From Octopus sinensis (taxonomy: Eukaryota), in contig NC_042999.1 in the NCBI RefSeq assembly GCF_006345805.1, positions 131,688,001 through 131,752,000 on the forward strand: 64,000 bases of DNA, read 5' to 3'. Of this stretch, positions 34,001-47,142 are shown one piece after another; positions within the stretch are counted from its first letter, which is position 1, and each line of letters opens with the position of its first letter. A program made the translations under genes and the position numbers. The notes under the pieces were generated by a model. That model was given only the letters and a program-made list of their open reading frames with translations, was not told the origin of the DNA and searched no databases.

Positions 34001-35843
34001 TATGTGCCATCCCCGGCAGATACATTCAGGATAATCACTATCTTATACGATACACTATAGAGGGAATTTATAACGATTCCGGCAAGGGAGGGGCAGTGGT
34101 CCATTTAGCTTTTGATAGGGTTGACCATCACTACCTGTGTCCGTTCTGGCCCAGTTCGACCTGGATCTTGGCTTCCTCAGGTGGATTATTCAAATGTATG
34201 ACAACATTGACTCGGTAGTTCGGGTGAACGGCTGTCTTTCTAAGTCGTTCCACGTCTAATGGTCGGTTCGTCAAGAATGTCTGCTCTCCTCGCCTTTGTA
34301 TGTGATGGCTCTTGAGCCATTGCTGCGAAAGCTGAGCGGCATTCCGAGACAGCCAGGTTGTGAGATGTCGGTTTCAGCCTACGCGGATGACATCACCATC
34401 ATCGTGACCAAAATGGCTCACCTACAGAGAGTAGGCAAGGCCATTGAGGAATACGAGACGGTAATTGAGGAGCAAAAGTTAATCGTGAAAAATAAGTCGG
34501 CTTGCAGCTCGGTACCTAGAGAGGCAAGTCGATACCTCCTGGCAGCGTCGTGGAACGTTGGACGGAGGGTTCGATTAAGTTGCTAGGGGTTTGGTTCGGA
34601 CCAGACCTCTAAAGAGAGAAGAATTGGGCCGAGGTATCGAGCAGGGTGACCCACATTGCCAAGACCTGGTCTTGGCGGTGGCTTTTCCTGAAAGGGAAGG
34701 CGGAGGTGGCCAATGTATTTATCGCATCGGTCATCACATACCGCCTAACCGTCGTGCCTTGTCCTGATTCATGGTTGATCAAGCTGGAAAGACAGCTCTT
34801 GCACTTCTTGTGGCAGGTCTTGCAAGACGCTCTGTTTGCTGTCAACAACTGTTAAAGGGTAGGCTAGGGATGCCTTGGCTATTGATGCGCTGAGGCTGAG
34901 GCACCCGTGGCTCTACGTGGATGGTGAACGAGTGTGGTCTTCGCTGGCGAAACAGATGTTTCCCAGGTTCACTAGTTTTGGTGGACCTGGTTCAATCGTA
35001 GATTGAAGTTGGGTACATGGTATACGGAGTGTCGCAAGGCACTCCTGCTTTTCCGTCGCTTGGGCAATGCCTGTGGTAGTGGCTCCACCGCTGTCTTTTA
35101 TAGAGGGTTTGTAGAGGCAGAATGCGATGATACATTGGGGGAAACCCTAGGTTTTGACGATAATCAGCTGGCCAGTCTGTTCCAACGTACATTCGGGCCG
35201 AAGACCCTGGATAATTTTCAGAAGTCTTTGGCATGGCAGTGTTACCGCGGAGCCTTACCTGTCCGGTGGCCGAGACACTCCGATCTGTCCAAGATGTGGG
35301 CGGGACAAAGAAACTGCCCCGCACGCTATTGTTCAGTGTCCGGATGTGTCTGACGTGTGGGTTTATGCCGAACAACTATAGTGAAAATTAACCCACCGGA
35401 TTTCTTAACGAAAGAAAGAAAGAATTGTTTTCTCTCTGCAGTATGGAGGACAAGAATGAAAGGAATAAGGTCAGGCACCTTCATCTCTGGCCCTAATCTG
35501 GTGAATTTTTTCATCTTCCACCTAAAAAGGCAAATAGGGCTGGAGAGATGTTTGACTGAAGATATGTTTGGAAAAAGATGGAAGAATGTCGCACGAATAT
35601 TGGGCATGAAAGGCTCCGCGTTAATGCGATATGGTTTTAAAACCCAGGTCAGTGGTAAGGCGGGGTTCGTGAGGTCCATTGTAAACCCACCTCCACGCCA
35701 TCTGTTGTGTCTTATTGTGTCCTATCATCATCCGTATTATATATAATGTATTTAGAATGGATCCCAATCGCATTTCATGTAAAATCATTCGATTTCATTG
35801 TGCAGTCCCTTCTATGTATGTCCTTATGGGTAATAAAAAAATT
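31026..35843 (+). mobile_element. L1/Tx1-clade LINE, degraded, near full length (copy 3)
   Basis: Broken ORF1 from 31193 with CYECGEKDHIRVKC knuckle; ORF2 ATG 32741 (HVGCINVRG, GYWKLN, FRPITLLN, AYADD) with stops, frameshifts and an internal deletion near 33510; tail TATGGGTAATAAAAAAATT. Confidence 0.92.
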
Positions 35844-35848
35844 AAGAG

Positions 35849-36045
35849 ACGTTAGCACGCCGGGCGGAATGCTTAGCGGTATTTCGTCTGCCTTTACGTT
35901 CTGAGTTCAAATTCCGCCGAGGTCGACTTTGCCTTTCATCCTTTCGGGGTCGATAAATTAAGTAGGAGCTGTGTATTGGGGTCGATTTAATCGACTAGCC
36001 CCCTCCCTCAAAATTTCGACTCGTGTGCCTAGAGTAGAAAAGAAT
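35849..36045 (+). mobile_element. family M SINE lacking its first ~17 nt
   Basis: Starts ACGTTAGCACGCCGGGCG immediately after the LINE copy 3 tail. Confidence 0.85.
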
Positions 36046-36538
36046 AATATAGGTGATTGCAGGCCCCCAAAAAACCATCAAATAGCTGGAGGATTAAAAT
36101 CAATCAAATGACATATTAAGTATGTCTACCTGCTAGAAATAACTGTCAAAAATCTTATTTAAATCGTCAAAATACACTGATAATAACTACATAAATCAAC
36201 CGTCCGAAGGCAAACAGGCTAAGACAATCTTTCAGCATACATTCAAGTATTTGGATTCACGTGGACCGGTTTCTTCGTATTGAAATTATTTTCACACTGG
36301 TAGCTGCCATCCGGCGCAAAACGAATCAGATGCAGCGCAGATTTCAACGTGATGGGTTGGGGCTTTCCATCATGGTAACGCGTGCTGAGGAAGGTGAGGC
36401 TATTATGCCAGTCCTTTTTTCTGTTACGGGAGTGTATATCCCCTGATAGATTATTTTCTGTAGTCAATATACAGTGGTCCACAAAGGTAGTACTGGGGGT
36501 CCGTGAGCTAAATTCACAATTTCATGTATGTATGTATG

Positions 36539-36571
<33 letters not shown>

Positions 36572-36599
36572 TATATATATATTAAATGGGGTTCGTGGG

Positions 36600-37790
36600 G
36601 AAAACTCATGGAAATACTTCCTTCCCACCTCATTTTCTCGCAAATCATTTTTTTAATGTTGCCCCCCCATTAATCCCCCCACACTTTCTTAAGTTTTCAC
36701 TTTTTTTTCCGTAACCCTAACCCTAACTCTTGTAGAACGATTGTACGAAGGAGAGGTGACGAATGAATGGCTCCTTTAATACACCGCACAGTCGCTTACA
36801 ATAAAAGCAAAGTGGATAAATGAGTATGAGTGCCAGAAGGAAAGGAAAGACGACACAACCGAAAAATGTTTAAGAGAAAGTTTTATTTAGGTGTTAGCAG
36901 AGTGTGTCTGTGTGCGACATAAGTACATATATGATAACAACAATAATAGACAAGCCGTCATGCATACATAAAGTGTATGTGTGTACAAACAAGGGTGTAT
37001 GCGTGTGAGATAAAATACAGAGCATAGAAAGAGACTATAACAGGACACTAGAAGTTCAGACACAATGAAGATAAATACCAGTTCGTAATAAGGTACACAA
37101 TAGTTGAAGTCTGTAACAAGAAGTTGTGGCTACAATGCAGAGCCGGTTGAAGCACGTGTCGTGTAAGCGGTTGTGGCTACAATACAGAGCCGGTTACTTG
37201 ATACAGGAAGATCTCGCAGGTAGTATTTGTTGTTAACCACGGTGAAGCGATTCACAAACAGTAAGGAGTTAAACCTGAGTGATGGTTGCTGTGTACATAG
37301 AGATGGTGTTAGCGACGTTAAGATGAATGCAACAGAGATGGAGGTCCTGAATGCTGCTGGTGTTTGTCGCTGGAACTGGCTGTGTGCTCTGTGGTCAGTG
37401 GTTAGACCTTAGACGGTCTAGAACCAAAGACGAAATACGATGAATCGCTGAAGTTTTATAGCAAATTATCGGCTCAAACGAAGCTTTAGAAAAACTGTGT
37501 CACGGGACCTTATCAGAAGGTTGCGATTGGTTGGGTTGCATATTGGCGCGTAATAGAGCAAGAGACAAATTGCGCCAATACCAACCAATCAGAGTAGTGG
37601 ACACAACAGGGTCCAAACCGCCGAAGGCTAGCTGTTATCTGCTACGTCCGTATTTATGTTATATATAACAGAGAGAGAGAGGGAGAGAATTTCACAAAGC
37701 GTCCGCTACACTCTAAAACCCCAACCCTAACCCTATCCTAAACCTAAAACCCTAACCCTAACCTAAACCCTAAGTAGAAAAATGTTTGGA
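36600..37790. repeat. unclassified region with degenerate (CCCTAA)n tracts near both ends
   Basis: TAACCCTAACCCTAAC near 36713-36728 and 37720-37772; internal 25-bp duplication (TTGTGGCTACAATRCAGAGCCGGTT) and CCAAT-containing inverted repeat 37535-37592. Confidence 0.35.
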
Positions 37791-40435
37791 AATTTGTTTC
37801 AGAATCATAATCTCCGTATTTTTCTGCATATTTTGAAAAAAATAAAATTCTTAAAAAAGTTAAAAATGAATTTTTTTTTTTTTTTTTTGGTGGGGGTGTT
37901 ATTTCAAAGTACTGATTTTTGCCAATTTTTTTTGCAGATTCGTATTCTCCGTCGCCGAAAACGGGGGTTTGTGTAGAAAAAAAAATTTAAATAAAAAAGG
38001 GTTGTTTGTGGGGTGGGTACAAAAGGAAGTCTTGCCAAACACATTTAATAGTAAAAAGGTTGGAAACCATACACAATATACGGCCTGTTGACAAATACGC
38101 TTATGAGTGTTATAGCGGTTATTAAATAGCTGAAGGAACTTTAAAAATTTCACTAAAGAGATAATCATTCAGAAATTGTTGTTTCTCGGCTAGTAAAATT
38201 AGAATTGAGCCATCAGTTTTGATAGGTTAGGTAAAAAAAACTTCATTTAGTTTCCTAACTGTCGTAAACTAAATTTATATCAAGCTCTGACATTGTAACA
38301 ACCGGTTGTTGACAAATCATGGTCCTCGTTACATCTTATGTAGCAGTCATTTATATACGTTCTGGTCTAGATAATCTTCAACGAACCAAAACCTGATTCA
38401 TACAATATGGAAATAGGGTCAGCCCATCTACATTGGCATTTCTTTTATTTTTTCTAGTCTTAAGTTGTTTTACTTTTCGTTTGTTTTTCTTTTTCTGTAT
38501 GTTTTCTTCATATGAAGAGAACATTTTCAATAGTTTCCTTTCCTGTTTGTCAAGCAGACTTGTGTTAGTCGTGGTTATTAATATAAAACTTTTAACATTT
38601 GATATCGTTTTATTACTCACCTCCTAAGTTTCAATTTGTCCTCTCATCGGTAATAATACATTAGTGCACACTTTTTTTTAATAATGTGTACACGTCTTTA
38701 ATAAATGTTAGTATTATTTTTTTTATTTGTAATACTTATATAAACACTGTTTAACGTATTTGGGGTTAACAAGAGAATTTACAGGCTGCATTCAAATCTG
38801 GGAAAAATGTTTACGTGGCTTATGTAAAGTTAAAAGGACATGGGAAAATGTAGATTATCTGTTTTGCACTTATAGAAAAGATGAAAAGCGTTTGTTTCAC
38901 AAAAAGTAGACTCAGAAGATATTTATTGCTTTTATTTATTTTCTTTTTGAGCTTGTTTATTATTATATCGGCTCCAATGTGTTTTATTATAGACAGGGAA
39001 TACATTTTCTAAGCACGGCCGTAATCATAGAAATGTATTATAAGGTCTAGAATAATTATGTTAGATAAGCAGTAGTGGTTTGTAAGAACCATTAAAGCGA
39101 ACATCTATGAATAATTGAACAGAATATTTATATTTTAATCCAATGAAATAATAAATTTATTTCCCATATAAGAAATTTCACAAATGTCGTAGGTGTTGTG
39201 AAAGATGTGAAAAAAGTCAATACATTTATCTTTAAAGGTTGAAGACAAGTGTTGAATTCAAGGTGATCATTTCTACGTTTTTTCTAAACGGGTTTGACGC
39301 TCATGTAGAAGTATTTCATTAATAAGAACTTTGAAAACATAGACATTGAGAAAAATAAAGCACTTTGAAGTAATTTTACATTCCAGAGAATTTTCTAAAA
39401 ACATTCTAACAAAATTTTATGGCATTTATTCAGTTTCGTAAAGTTTAATTCTGCGATTTGAAAATTATTCTCACGAGAAAACCACAAAACTAGTTTCGAT
39501 TTATTTTTAAATATTTGTATTTTGAACGGGAAAAACTAAGCTTTTCTTTGGTTGCTTGAACAAGTTATACTTACAAATTAAACATAGAACAAAAAAATTT
39601 CACTTGTAGTACTTTACTTCTTACTATCGAGCAATTAAATAATTAACCACCATTGAATTGTGTGGGTTTCTTTTTTTGTTTCTTTTTCTGAAGGATGACA
39701 GGACGGGAAAAAAATGCAGAATATTTAAAATACGGTTCGACAATGAAACAAAAGATTGACAAACGCTGAAAATCTGCTTTCTTTTTTCTTTATTTTCCTT
39801 TAGAAAATGCAAACGCCTGCTGCATGTGTGACTTTTTCTCACGTGTTCTTTTACTAGTTTAAGCCATTGGATTGCAGTCATGCAGGGACACTGCCTTCAA
39901 GGCATATCAACTCCTGACTTCTTTTTGTCGGACCACCATGTCATGAGACGTTGACCACCATATACATAAATATGTTAATATTAGTTTCAAATTATATAAG
40001 AAAAAAACAACCTATATTAATGGGTGTTTTGTTATAATAAAAAAATTACATTAAAATTAGAGGATTACTCAATACATTTGGTAGAGTACAACTATACCAT
40101 TCTTTAGCATGAAGAGTATTGATTGTGACTTCAAACTTTCGGCCAGATAAGCCATCATCGGACTTCGAAGTCACTGTCAATACCATTCTTGTTAAAGAAT
40201 AATATATATACATATAATCCTTTACTTGTTTCAGTCATTGGACTACGGCCTTGCTGGGACATCGCCCTGAATGATTTAGTTGAGCGAATGACTCCCAGTA
40301 CTCACTGAAATTTATTCTATCGGTCTCTTTTGCCGGCCCACTAAGTTACGGGAGGTAAACAAACCAACACCGGTTGTCAAGTGGTTGGTGGGGGAGGGGC
40401 AAACACAGACACGAGATCTTTTCGCTTTGACCGGC

Positions 40436-41153
40436 AGATTTTAAAAATAATTTCTTTGTAACTAAATACTTTTAAACTTCGTAAACTGGTAGAATGTGTT
40501 TATAAAACATTTTTTTCTCTTGGCTTTCTTGAGAAAATTCTGTAGTTTGTAAGCTATTTGTTGTTTAATTTCTTGCATTTCGGCAATTTCAACTAATCAA
40601 TGACGTCTACTGAGGTGAATACAATATCTCTGGATCTTTGTCAACAACAATTATTTGCGGTGTCATATGAATCTGTCACTGTTATTTATGAGAAAAAAGA
40701 TACCCTGTGACCATAAACTAAGGGGTCTCTCGTAAACAGAGCTGGATAACAAAACCATTCCCTCTTTAGTGTCCACCCATAATTATGAGCCTAGTATCGA
40801 TCTATTGCATTTCAATCTGTTTTAGGGTTAGGGTTGGGTTAGAGTTAGGGTTAGGGGGTATCTTTTTTTCTTCAGAAATGTAAATAACCCCAATCTCTTT
40901 CTTAAACAAATATATAATATGTAATGTGTGTATCTGTGCAACAGAGAGGGAAATTAAAACTGCATATGTTGTGAGCTTAGAATATATGTTTATTAATAAA
41001 AGTTTAATAACGATAATCTTTTATTCATACGAACGTAACTGATATGAAATATGTCATAGATAACAATGACAGATTCATATGACACCGCAAATAATTGTTG
41101 TTGACAAAGATCCGGAGATATTGTAATCACCTCAATAGACGTCATTGATTGGT
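40436..41153. mobile_element. TTAGGG-cored fold-back element, copy 2
   Basis: Arms 40575-40690 and 41054-41153 inverted; TTAGGG tract 40823-40858; inner inverted AAAAAAGATACCC / GGGTATCTTTTTT. Confidence 0.7.
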
Positions 41154-41734
41154 ACCTTGGGCAAATGTCTTCTACTATAGCCTCGGGCCGACCAATAAGA
41201 TTGGGTAAATTAGAACCTCCATACATACGTATTCTTTTCTACTCTAAGCACAAGGCCTGAAATTTTGGCGGGAGGGGTTCAGTCAATTAGATCGACCACA
41301 GTACGCAACTGGTACTTAATTTATCAACCCCGAAAGGATTAAAGACAAAGTCTACTTGGGTGGAATTTGAACTCGGAACGTAATTGGAATACGTATGTAC
41401 ACAAATACCGTCTGAAATGTGTACACACATACGCACAGACACCACACATACATACAAGCACACTCACTCATGCAATCATGCATAAACACAGCCACATATG
41501 TGAAGGCGTGTGGCCTAGTGGTTAGGATGTTTTATTTTCGATCGCAAGAACCTGGTTTCTATTCCTGGATCGGGTGGTGAGTTGTGCTCTTGAAGCAATA
41601 CACTTTTACGATCACATCAGCTTTTGATGTGTGACACACCATGCTCCTGTACAGACAATGTCGATTGCTGGACATAAACAATCTATAACTATTTCAGTAA
41701 GAAGTTGCGGAACCCTCATCTGTTGTTTATGATA

Positions 41735-41945
41735 AGAGTCCATTATGTATGTATTGCATGCATGCATCTATGTATACATGTATGTATGTCTGTATATATG
41801 CATGTATGTATGAAGTATGCATGTAGGCATTTGTATGTACATATGTATGTATGCACTTATACATATGTATGCATGCATGTAATTATGTATATAAGTATGT
41901 CTGTAGGTATGCATGCATGTATTTATGTATCTATGTATTGTTTAC
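41735..41945. repeat. degenerate (TATG)n microsatellite
   Basis: Direct reading. Confidence 0.9.
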
Positions 41946-42284
41946 ATTACAATAACAGAAAATTTGGAAGACGTGAATTATATAGATTTTAACAGTTAAA
42001 CTCAAAGTACATAAAGTTATAAAGAACGGCGTGTAAATACTGAATTTGAAAAACAATTTGAAGGCCACTCATGGTATGCAAACACACATCTTCTATAAAT
42101 ATAACAGATGTTCTACCAATATACCAAAGCAACCCTTCAAATTGCTTCATCCATTTTTGAAGCTTCTTTGCTTACCAGAGATGTTGTTTACTTCATAAGA
42201 ATTTAAAAACTTAGGGACAACGTGAAATAAATCATTTTTTAACAGCGGAACCCTAATTCTACTGTTAAAAATGATACATACATA

Positions 42285-42346
<62 letters not shown>

Positions 42347-42583
42347 CGAAACGTAGAGTAGATGAAACCATGGCAACTGAAGAAGGGGTTTTTTCTTTGT
42401 GTTAATTGTCCTGTACTCTATTTTTTTGTTGTTTAAAAAAATGTCCAGTTCCTTGGGTTTGTGTCTATGCTTTCGTTTCTCATTGTGTTCAATGTTTTTT
42501 TGGTGTCCTGTACTCATATATGTGTGTATATATACATGTAGAGGTAGGTACGTACATATATGTATATATATATATGCATATGT

Positions 42584-42621
<38 letters not shown>

Positions 42622-42625
<4 letters not shown>

Positions 42626-43000
42626 GTCCACTTGTGTGTACCTTTTCCTTCTTTGGACACTAAACTCTGCTTGCGAAGACCTGTTGAGGCAAGTGAAATC
42701 GAAATCAAAATCAAAGTGAAATTTGATGACGAGCACGAGCACCATACGAGCGTGGACATTGACAGAGCGGCTAACCGGCTTCCGTGCCAGTGCCACATAA
42801 AAGGCACCATTTGAGTGTGATCGTTGCCAGCTTCGCCTTACTGGCACTTGTGCCCCATGCTAGTAGGGTGCTAAGAGCACCATCTGAGCGTGATCGTTGC
42901 TAAACTGGCCTCCGTGCCGGTGGCATGTAGGAAGCACCATTCGAGTGAGATCATTACCAGCATTGCCTTACTGGCACCTGTGCCGTTGGCATGTGTAAAA
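42622..43000 (+). repeat. diverged copy of the ~60-bp minisatellite-containing retroposon segment seen at 47.1-49.8 kb
   Basis: Shares GAAGACCTGTTGAGGCAAGTGAAA.TC and CACCAT..GAGCGTG..CGTTGCCAG..CTGGCAC units. Confidence 0.7.
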
Positions 43001-43018
43001 AAATTCGAGCGAGGTCGA

Positions 43019-43400
43019 ATATAAAACTGAGAATGTCTGTCTGTCTGTCTGTGTGTTTCCTTAAAACTTGAGAACTACACAACCAATTTCATTCAAATTT
43101 TACACATGCCTTACTTAGGGTCCATGTAGTTTCATGGGCAAAAAAAGTGTTCAACTTCTTGCCTAGGGCAAGCCCATAGCAATATCATATCTTCTCCACT
43201 ACGATTCCCTAAAATTTGAGAACTACACAACCAATTCCATTCAAATTTTACACATGCCTTACTTAGGGTCCATGTAGTTTCATGGGCAAAAAAAATGTTC
43301 AACTTGCCTAGAGCAAGCCCATAGCAATATCATATCTTCTCCACTATTTCAGTATTATGTGTTAAAAGTGAAACAAAAACGTTTCTCTATTTTATGTCAG
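43019..43400 (+). mobile_element. non-autonomous Helitron-like element with internal ~147-bp duplication
   Basis: ATATAAAACTGAGAA-(TGTC)n start followed by ACTACACAACCAATTTCATTCAAATTTT, an organisation typical of Helitron-N/Lep1-like elements; 43062-43200 repeated at 43209-43345. Confidence 0.55.
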
Positions 43401-43679
43401 ATACTTTCACTTTAACAATAAAAATAATAATAACAATTGAATTATATGTAGTAAGTAATAATTAAAATCAAACTAAAGTATAATATAATTGTAACATAAC
43501 AAAAGTAAAAATAGCAATTGGTATAAAATTGCATCGATGATTTGAATTTGAATAAGTGGTTTCACATGAATGGGAATAAATTAAAAATAAAATTAGCATG
43601 CAGAAATGGAATAGTCCAGATGGATAATAAAAAATTAAATTAAAGAAAAGACTATTGTCTATAAAGTATACAATATAGA

Positions 43680-44010
43680 GAAAAAAGAAGATTTGAACAT
43701 ATGGAGGAAAGCACCTTCAAAAATTGTCTTGGTGCAACTATGAAAGGTATCTTAATCAGAGGCGGTAAATTCGCCACAATAGAAGCAAGGTTCGAGTCAA
43801 CAGAGCGTGCAAGGGAGTACTCGACTCGAACTTGCAAAGTGGAAATATTTTATTTTTACCTTTATATCTGGGACGTAGGACGTCCCGGAAAATAATTTAA
43901 AATGCCCCCCCCCCCCCCCGAAGTAGAGGTAAGCTGGATTGTAGCCACACTTCTATACAAGAAGGAGGACAAGATACAATTGATCGAAATTACAAGAGAC
44001 GGGCTAACAA
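43680..44010 (+). pseudogene. isolated Tx1-like ORF1 fragment
   Basis: RGGKFATIEARF and PPEVEVSWIVATLL..EDKIQLIE align by eye with ORF1 of copy 2 (RRGKKFGTVEVRF, PPEVEPMWLLAAVL) and copy 3. Confidence 0.7.
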
Positions 44011-44654
44011 TTCCGGTCTGTTATATATTTTGAGTATTGTTATCACTAGCGATATCAAGATATAGCTTTGTATTTTGTATTTTATGTGTAGATGTATATA
44101 TATAGATGTACATGTAATATGTACAAATATATATACACATATATACATGCACTAGCACTATGACCTGGCAACAACGGGTCTTTAATGCTAGTATATATAT
44201 ATATATATATATTTGTTTCACTCATTTGATTGCAGCTATGCTTGAGCACCACCTTGAAAAATATTTAGTTGAATGAATCGATCCCTGTACTTACTATTTT
44301 TGTTTGTGTACGTGTGTGTGATGCCTAGTACTTACTCTGCCAGTCTTTTGCTGAACTACTGAGTTACGGGTTCGTAAACACACCAACAGCACTTGTCAAG
44401 CGGTAATGGTGGAGTACAACACACACACACACACAAAGTGGGCTTCTTTCTGTTTCCGTTTACCAAATCTACCCACAAGGCTTTGGTCGGCCCAATGCTA
44501 TGATAGAAAGCATTTGCCCAAGGTGCCGTGCTGTGGGACTGAACCCGGAAGCAGGCTTCTTGCCACACCTGCATCTGCATGTATGTGTGTATATATATAT
44601 ATATAATATATATATATATATAATATACATATACATACATATATATATATATAT

Positions 44655-44688
<34 letters not shown>

Positions 44689-44723
44689 ATATACATACAT
44701 ACATATATATATACATACATATA

Positions 44724-46788
44724 TATATACTATGGTCATCCCTCAAAGCATATGTAATCTGTTTGACTGACCAGGCAGTTCCCGTTGGACTTCCCAAGAG
44801 GAAGAAACACAAGCCCTGGGTGACGAAGAAGGTTAAACGAGAACGTCGACTCAGAGATATTGCTTGGGCTGAATTCAAAAATCTGGATTCGACTGCAGCT
44901 TTTGAGGTGTACAAAACTCAACGAGACCGAGCCGTGAAAATTGAAAAGAAAGAACGCTTCAGTTATGAATACTAAATCGCGGCAAATGCCAGTAGCAATC
45001 CAAAAACCTTCTTTGCCCATGTCCAGCGGAATTCCCGCTTGAACAACCAGATTGTAACATTGGTAGACTCAACAGGCGTATCGATTGAGGACCCTTATCA
45101 ACAGAGTCAATTATTTGCCGAGGCTTTTTCAACTATTTTCAAACAAGATGATGGTCGTGAACCCCCTCCATTTGACAGATCGGTACCTCCAATGCTTCGA
45201 TTGATCATCACGCGGGACCAAGTCAAACGTGTTATTCAAGGCCTCGATGTCAACAAGGGTCACGGCCCTGACGGCATACACCCACGGGTTATCAAAGCGT
45301 TGGCTCCGGTCATCTGCGAGCCCTTAACACGACTATTCAATATGTCATTGGCGACGGGTGTTATACCTGCAGACTGGAGAACAGCGATAATCTGCCCAAT
45401 TTTCAAGAAAGGGAGCCGCGAAGACCCGCTTAACTACCGACCGGTTTCCCTTACATCAATAATCAGCAAGATGTTCGAAACCATCCTTAAGAAAAGTATG
45501 ATGCTCCACCTCCTAAGCACAGCCTCGATCACTGATTCCCAACACGGCTTCGTGCCGAAGAGATCATGCTTGACCAACTTACTAGTAATGGAAGAATTGG
45601 TGACGCGCATCCTCGATGATAGTGATGCTGTTGACATCGTTTTATTGGACTTTGCCAAAGCTTTTGACTCGGTAAACCACCGCCTACTACTTGTCAAGCT
45701 TCAATCATATAGTTTCCATCCGGATATTGTACGATGGGTTGGTGCCTTCCTCTCAGATCGCTCCTTCCAAGTTCAAGTTAATGGTTCGCGGTCCGATGTC
45801 TCCAGTGCGAGCAGTGGCATGCCTCAAGGTTCAGTGCTTGGGCCCTTGTTGTTCTTAGTCTTCATAAATGACTTGCCCGACGACCTCACGCAACACACCC
45901 TTCTATTTGCCGACGATATCAAACTGGTCGCTCCTCGCGGTAGTATAGAGGATCTTCGTCGATGCCTCCACCAAATTTGGAAGTGGTCTAACGATTGGGA
46001 CCTGTGTCTGAACGTGTCAAAGTGCTGTCATCTGCCTGTCGGCTCTACTCCTGCAACTCAACTTGATTTCGAGCCGGGTCGTCTGCTGCTGGAGAGGACC
46101 GATCAGGTAAAGGACCTGGGTATCTTGGTGGATTCCTCCTTTTCGCCTTCGGCCCAGTGCGTCCATGCTGCCAACAAAGCGCGCGGAATTCTGTTTTTGA
46201 TTCGACGGTCATTCGGAGTGCTCACAGCAGCCATATTCCTGCCACTCTATGTCACGCTGGTGAGACCCATATTGGAGTATGGGATTCAAGCCTCTTTTCC
46301 TTATCTCCTCAAAGACATACAGCACCTCGAAAGAGTCCAGAGGCTGGCTACCCGCCTGGTTCATGGTCTCAAAAATTTGTCCTACGAAGAAAGGCTGAAG
46401 ACGCTCGACCTTTATTCTCTTGAAAAACGCCGCCGCCGTGGTGATCTCATTCTCGCCCACAACATCATAAACGGGAAGTGTAACCTCTCGAAAGAGCTCT
46501 TCTTCACTCCTGCTCCGGAGTGTCGGCTGCGGGGTCATTCCGAAAAGCTCTACCTGCGACGATTTCATCTCAATCGAAGGAGAGGAGCTTTCTCCGTCCG
46601 GGTTGCGGATCCGTGGAACAAGCTGCCAGACGAGATGGTGAAGATGCCGACGACCGCTTTGTTCAAAGCCTCCCTGGACCTCAAGTGGCCTGAACTCTTT
46701 ACATGAACACCACCCTGTACTTAACTCCATGTCCCCCTACATGGCCTTGCTATTTGCTTTTGAGCCAAATTAACTAACTAACTAACTA
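44724..46788 (+). mobile_element. 5'-truncated CR1-clade LINE with (TAAC)n tail, inside a (TA)n/(TACA)n tract
   Basis: Reading frame 44763-46706 with a single stop at 44973-44975; tail TAACTAACTAACTAAC at 46771-46786. Confidence 0.92.
45039..46706 (+). CDS. CR1-type reverse transcriptase (N-terminally truncated ORF2)
   Basis: GPDGIHP, NYRPVSLTS, QHGF, DFAKAFDSV, GMPQGSVLGPLLF, FADD, LEKRRRRGDLI. Confidence 0.9.
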   Translation: MNNQIVTLVDSTGVSIEDPYQQSQLFAEAFSTIFKQDDGREPPPFDRSVPPMLRLIITRDQVKRVIQGLDVNKGHGPDGIHPRVIKALAPVICEPLTRLFNMSLATGVIPADWRTAIICPIFKKGSREDPLNYRPVSLTSIISKMFETILKKSMMLHLLSTASITDSQHGFVPKRSCLTNLLVMEELVTRILDDSDAVDIVLLDFAKAFDSVNHRLLLVKLQSYSFHPDIVRWVGAFLSDRSFQVQVNGSRSDVSSASSGMPQGSVLGPLLFLVFINDLPDDLTQHTLLFADDIKLVAPRGSIEDLRRCLHQIWKWSNDWDLCLNVSKCCHLPVGSTPATQLDFEPGRLLLERTDQVKDLGILVDSSFSPSAQCVHAANKARGILFLIRRSFGVLTAAIFLPLYVTLVRPILEYGIQASFPYLLKDIQHLERVQRLATRLVHGLKNLSYEERLKTLDLYSLEKRRRRGDLILAHNIINGKCNLSKELFFTPAPECRLRGHSEKLYLRRFHLNRRRGAFSVRVADPWNKLPDEMVKMPTTALFKASLDLKWPELFT

Positions 46789-46814
46789 CATACATATATA
46801 TATACATACATATA

Positions 46815-46855
<41 letters not shown>

Positions 46856-47081
46856 ATACATACATATATATATATATACATACATATATATATATACATA
46901 CATATATATATACATACATATATATAATATATATATATATATATGTTTCTATATATATGTATGTATGTATATATGGAGTTCGTATTTGTATTTGGTTTGC
47001 AAGATTCTTGATGGTGAATAAAGGTCCAAACCAGTGTGTGTGTTTATTATTACCGGCATGATGCCCCTCCCAAGGTTCAGT

Positions 47082-47135
<54 letters not shown>

Positions 47136-47142
47136 ATATATC

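Noticed and set aside
36472-36520. CAGTGGTCC hAT-like terminus
   Set aside because: No matching second TIR or TSD was found.
37940-37980. GC hairpin followed by GTAG as a Helitron 3' end
   Set aside because: Terminus is not CTRR and no matching 5' end was found.
38378-38650. Lys-rich ORF and a nearby GGTGAGT donor as a possible host exon
   Set aside because: No recognisable domain, low complexity, and no consistent acceptor/donor pair.
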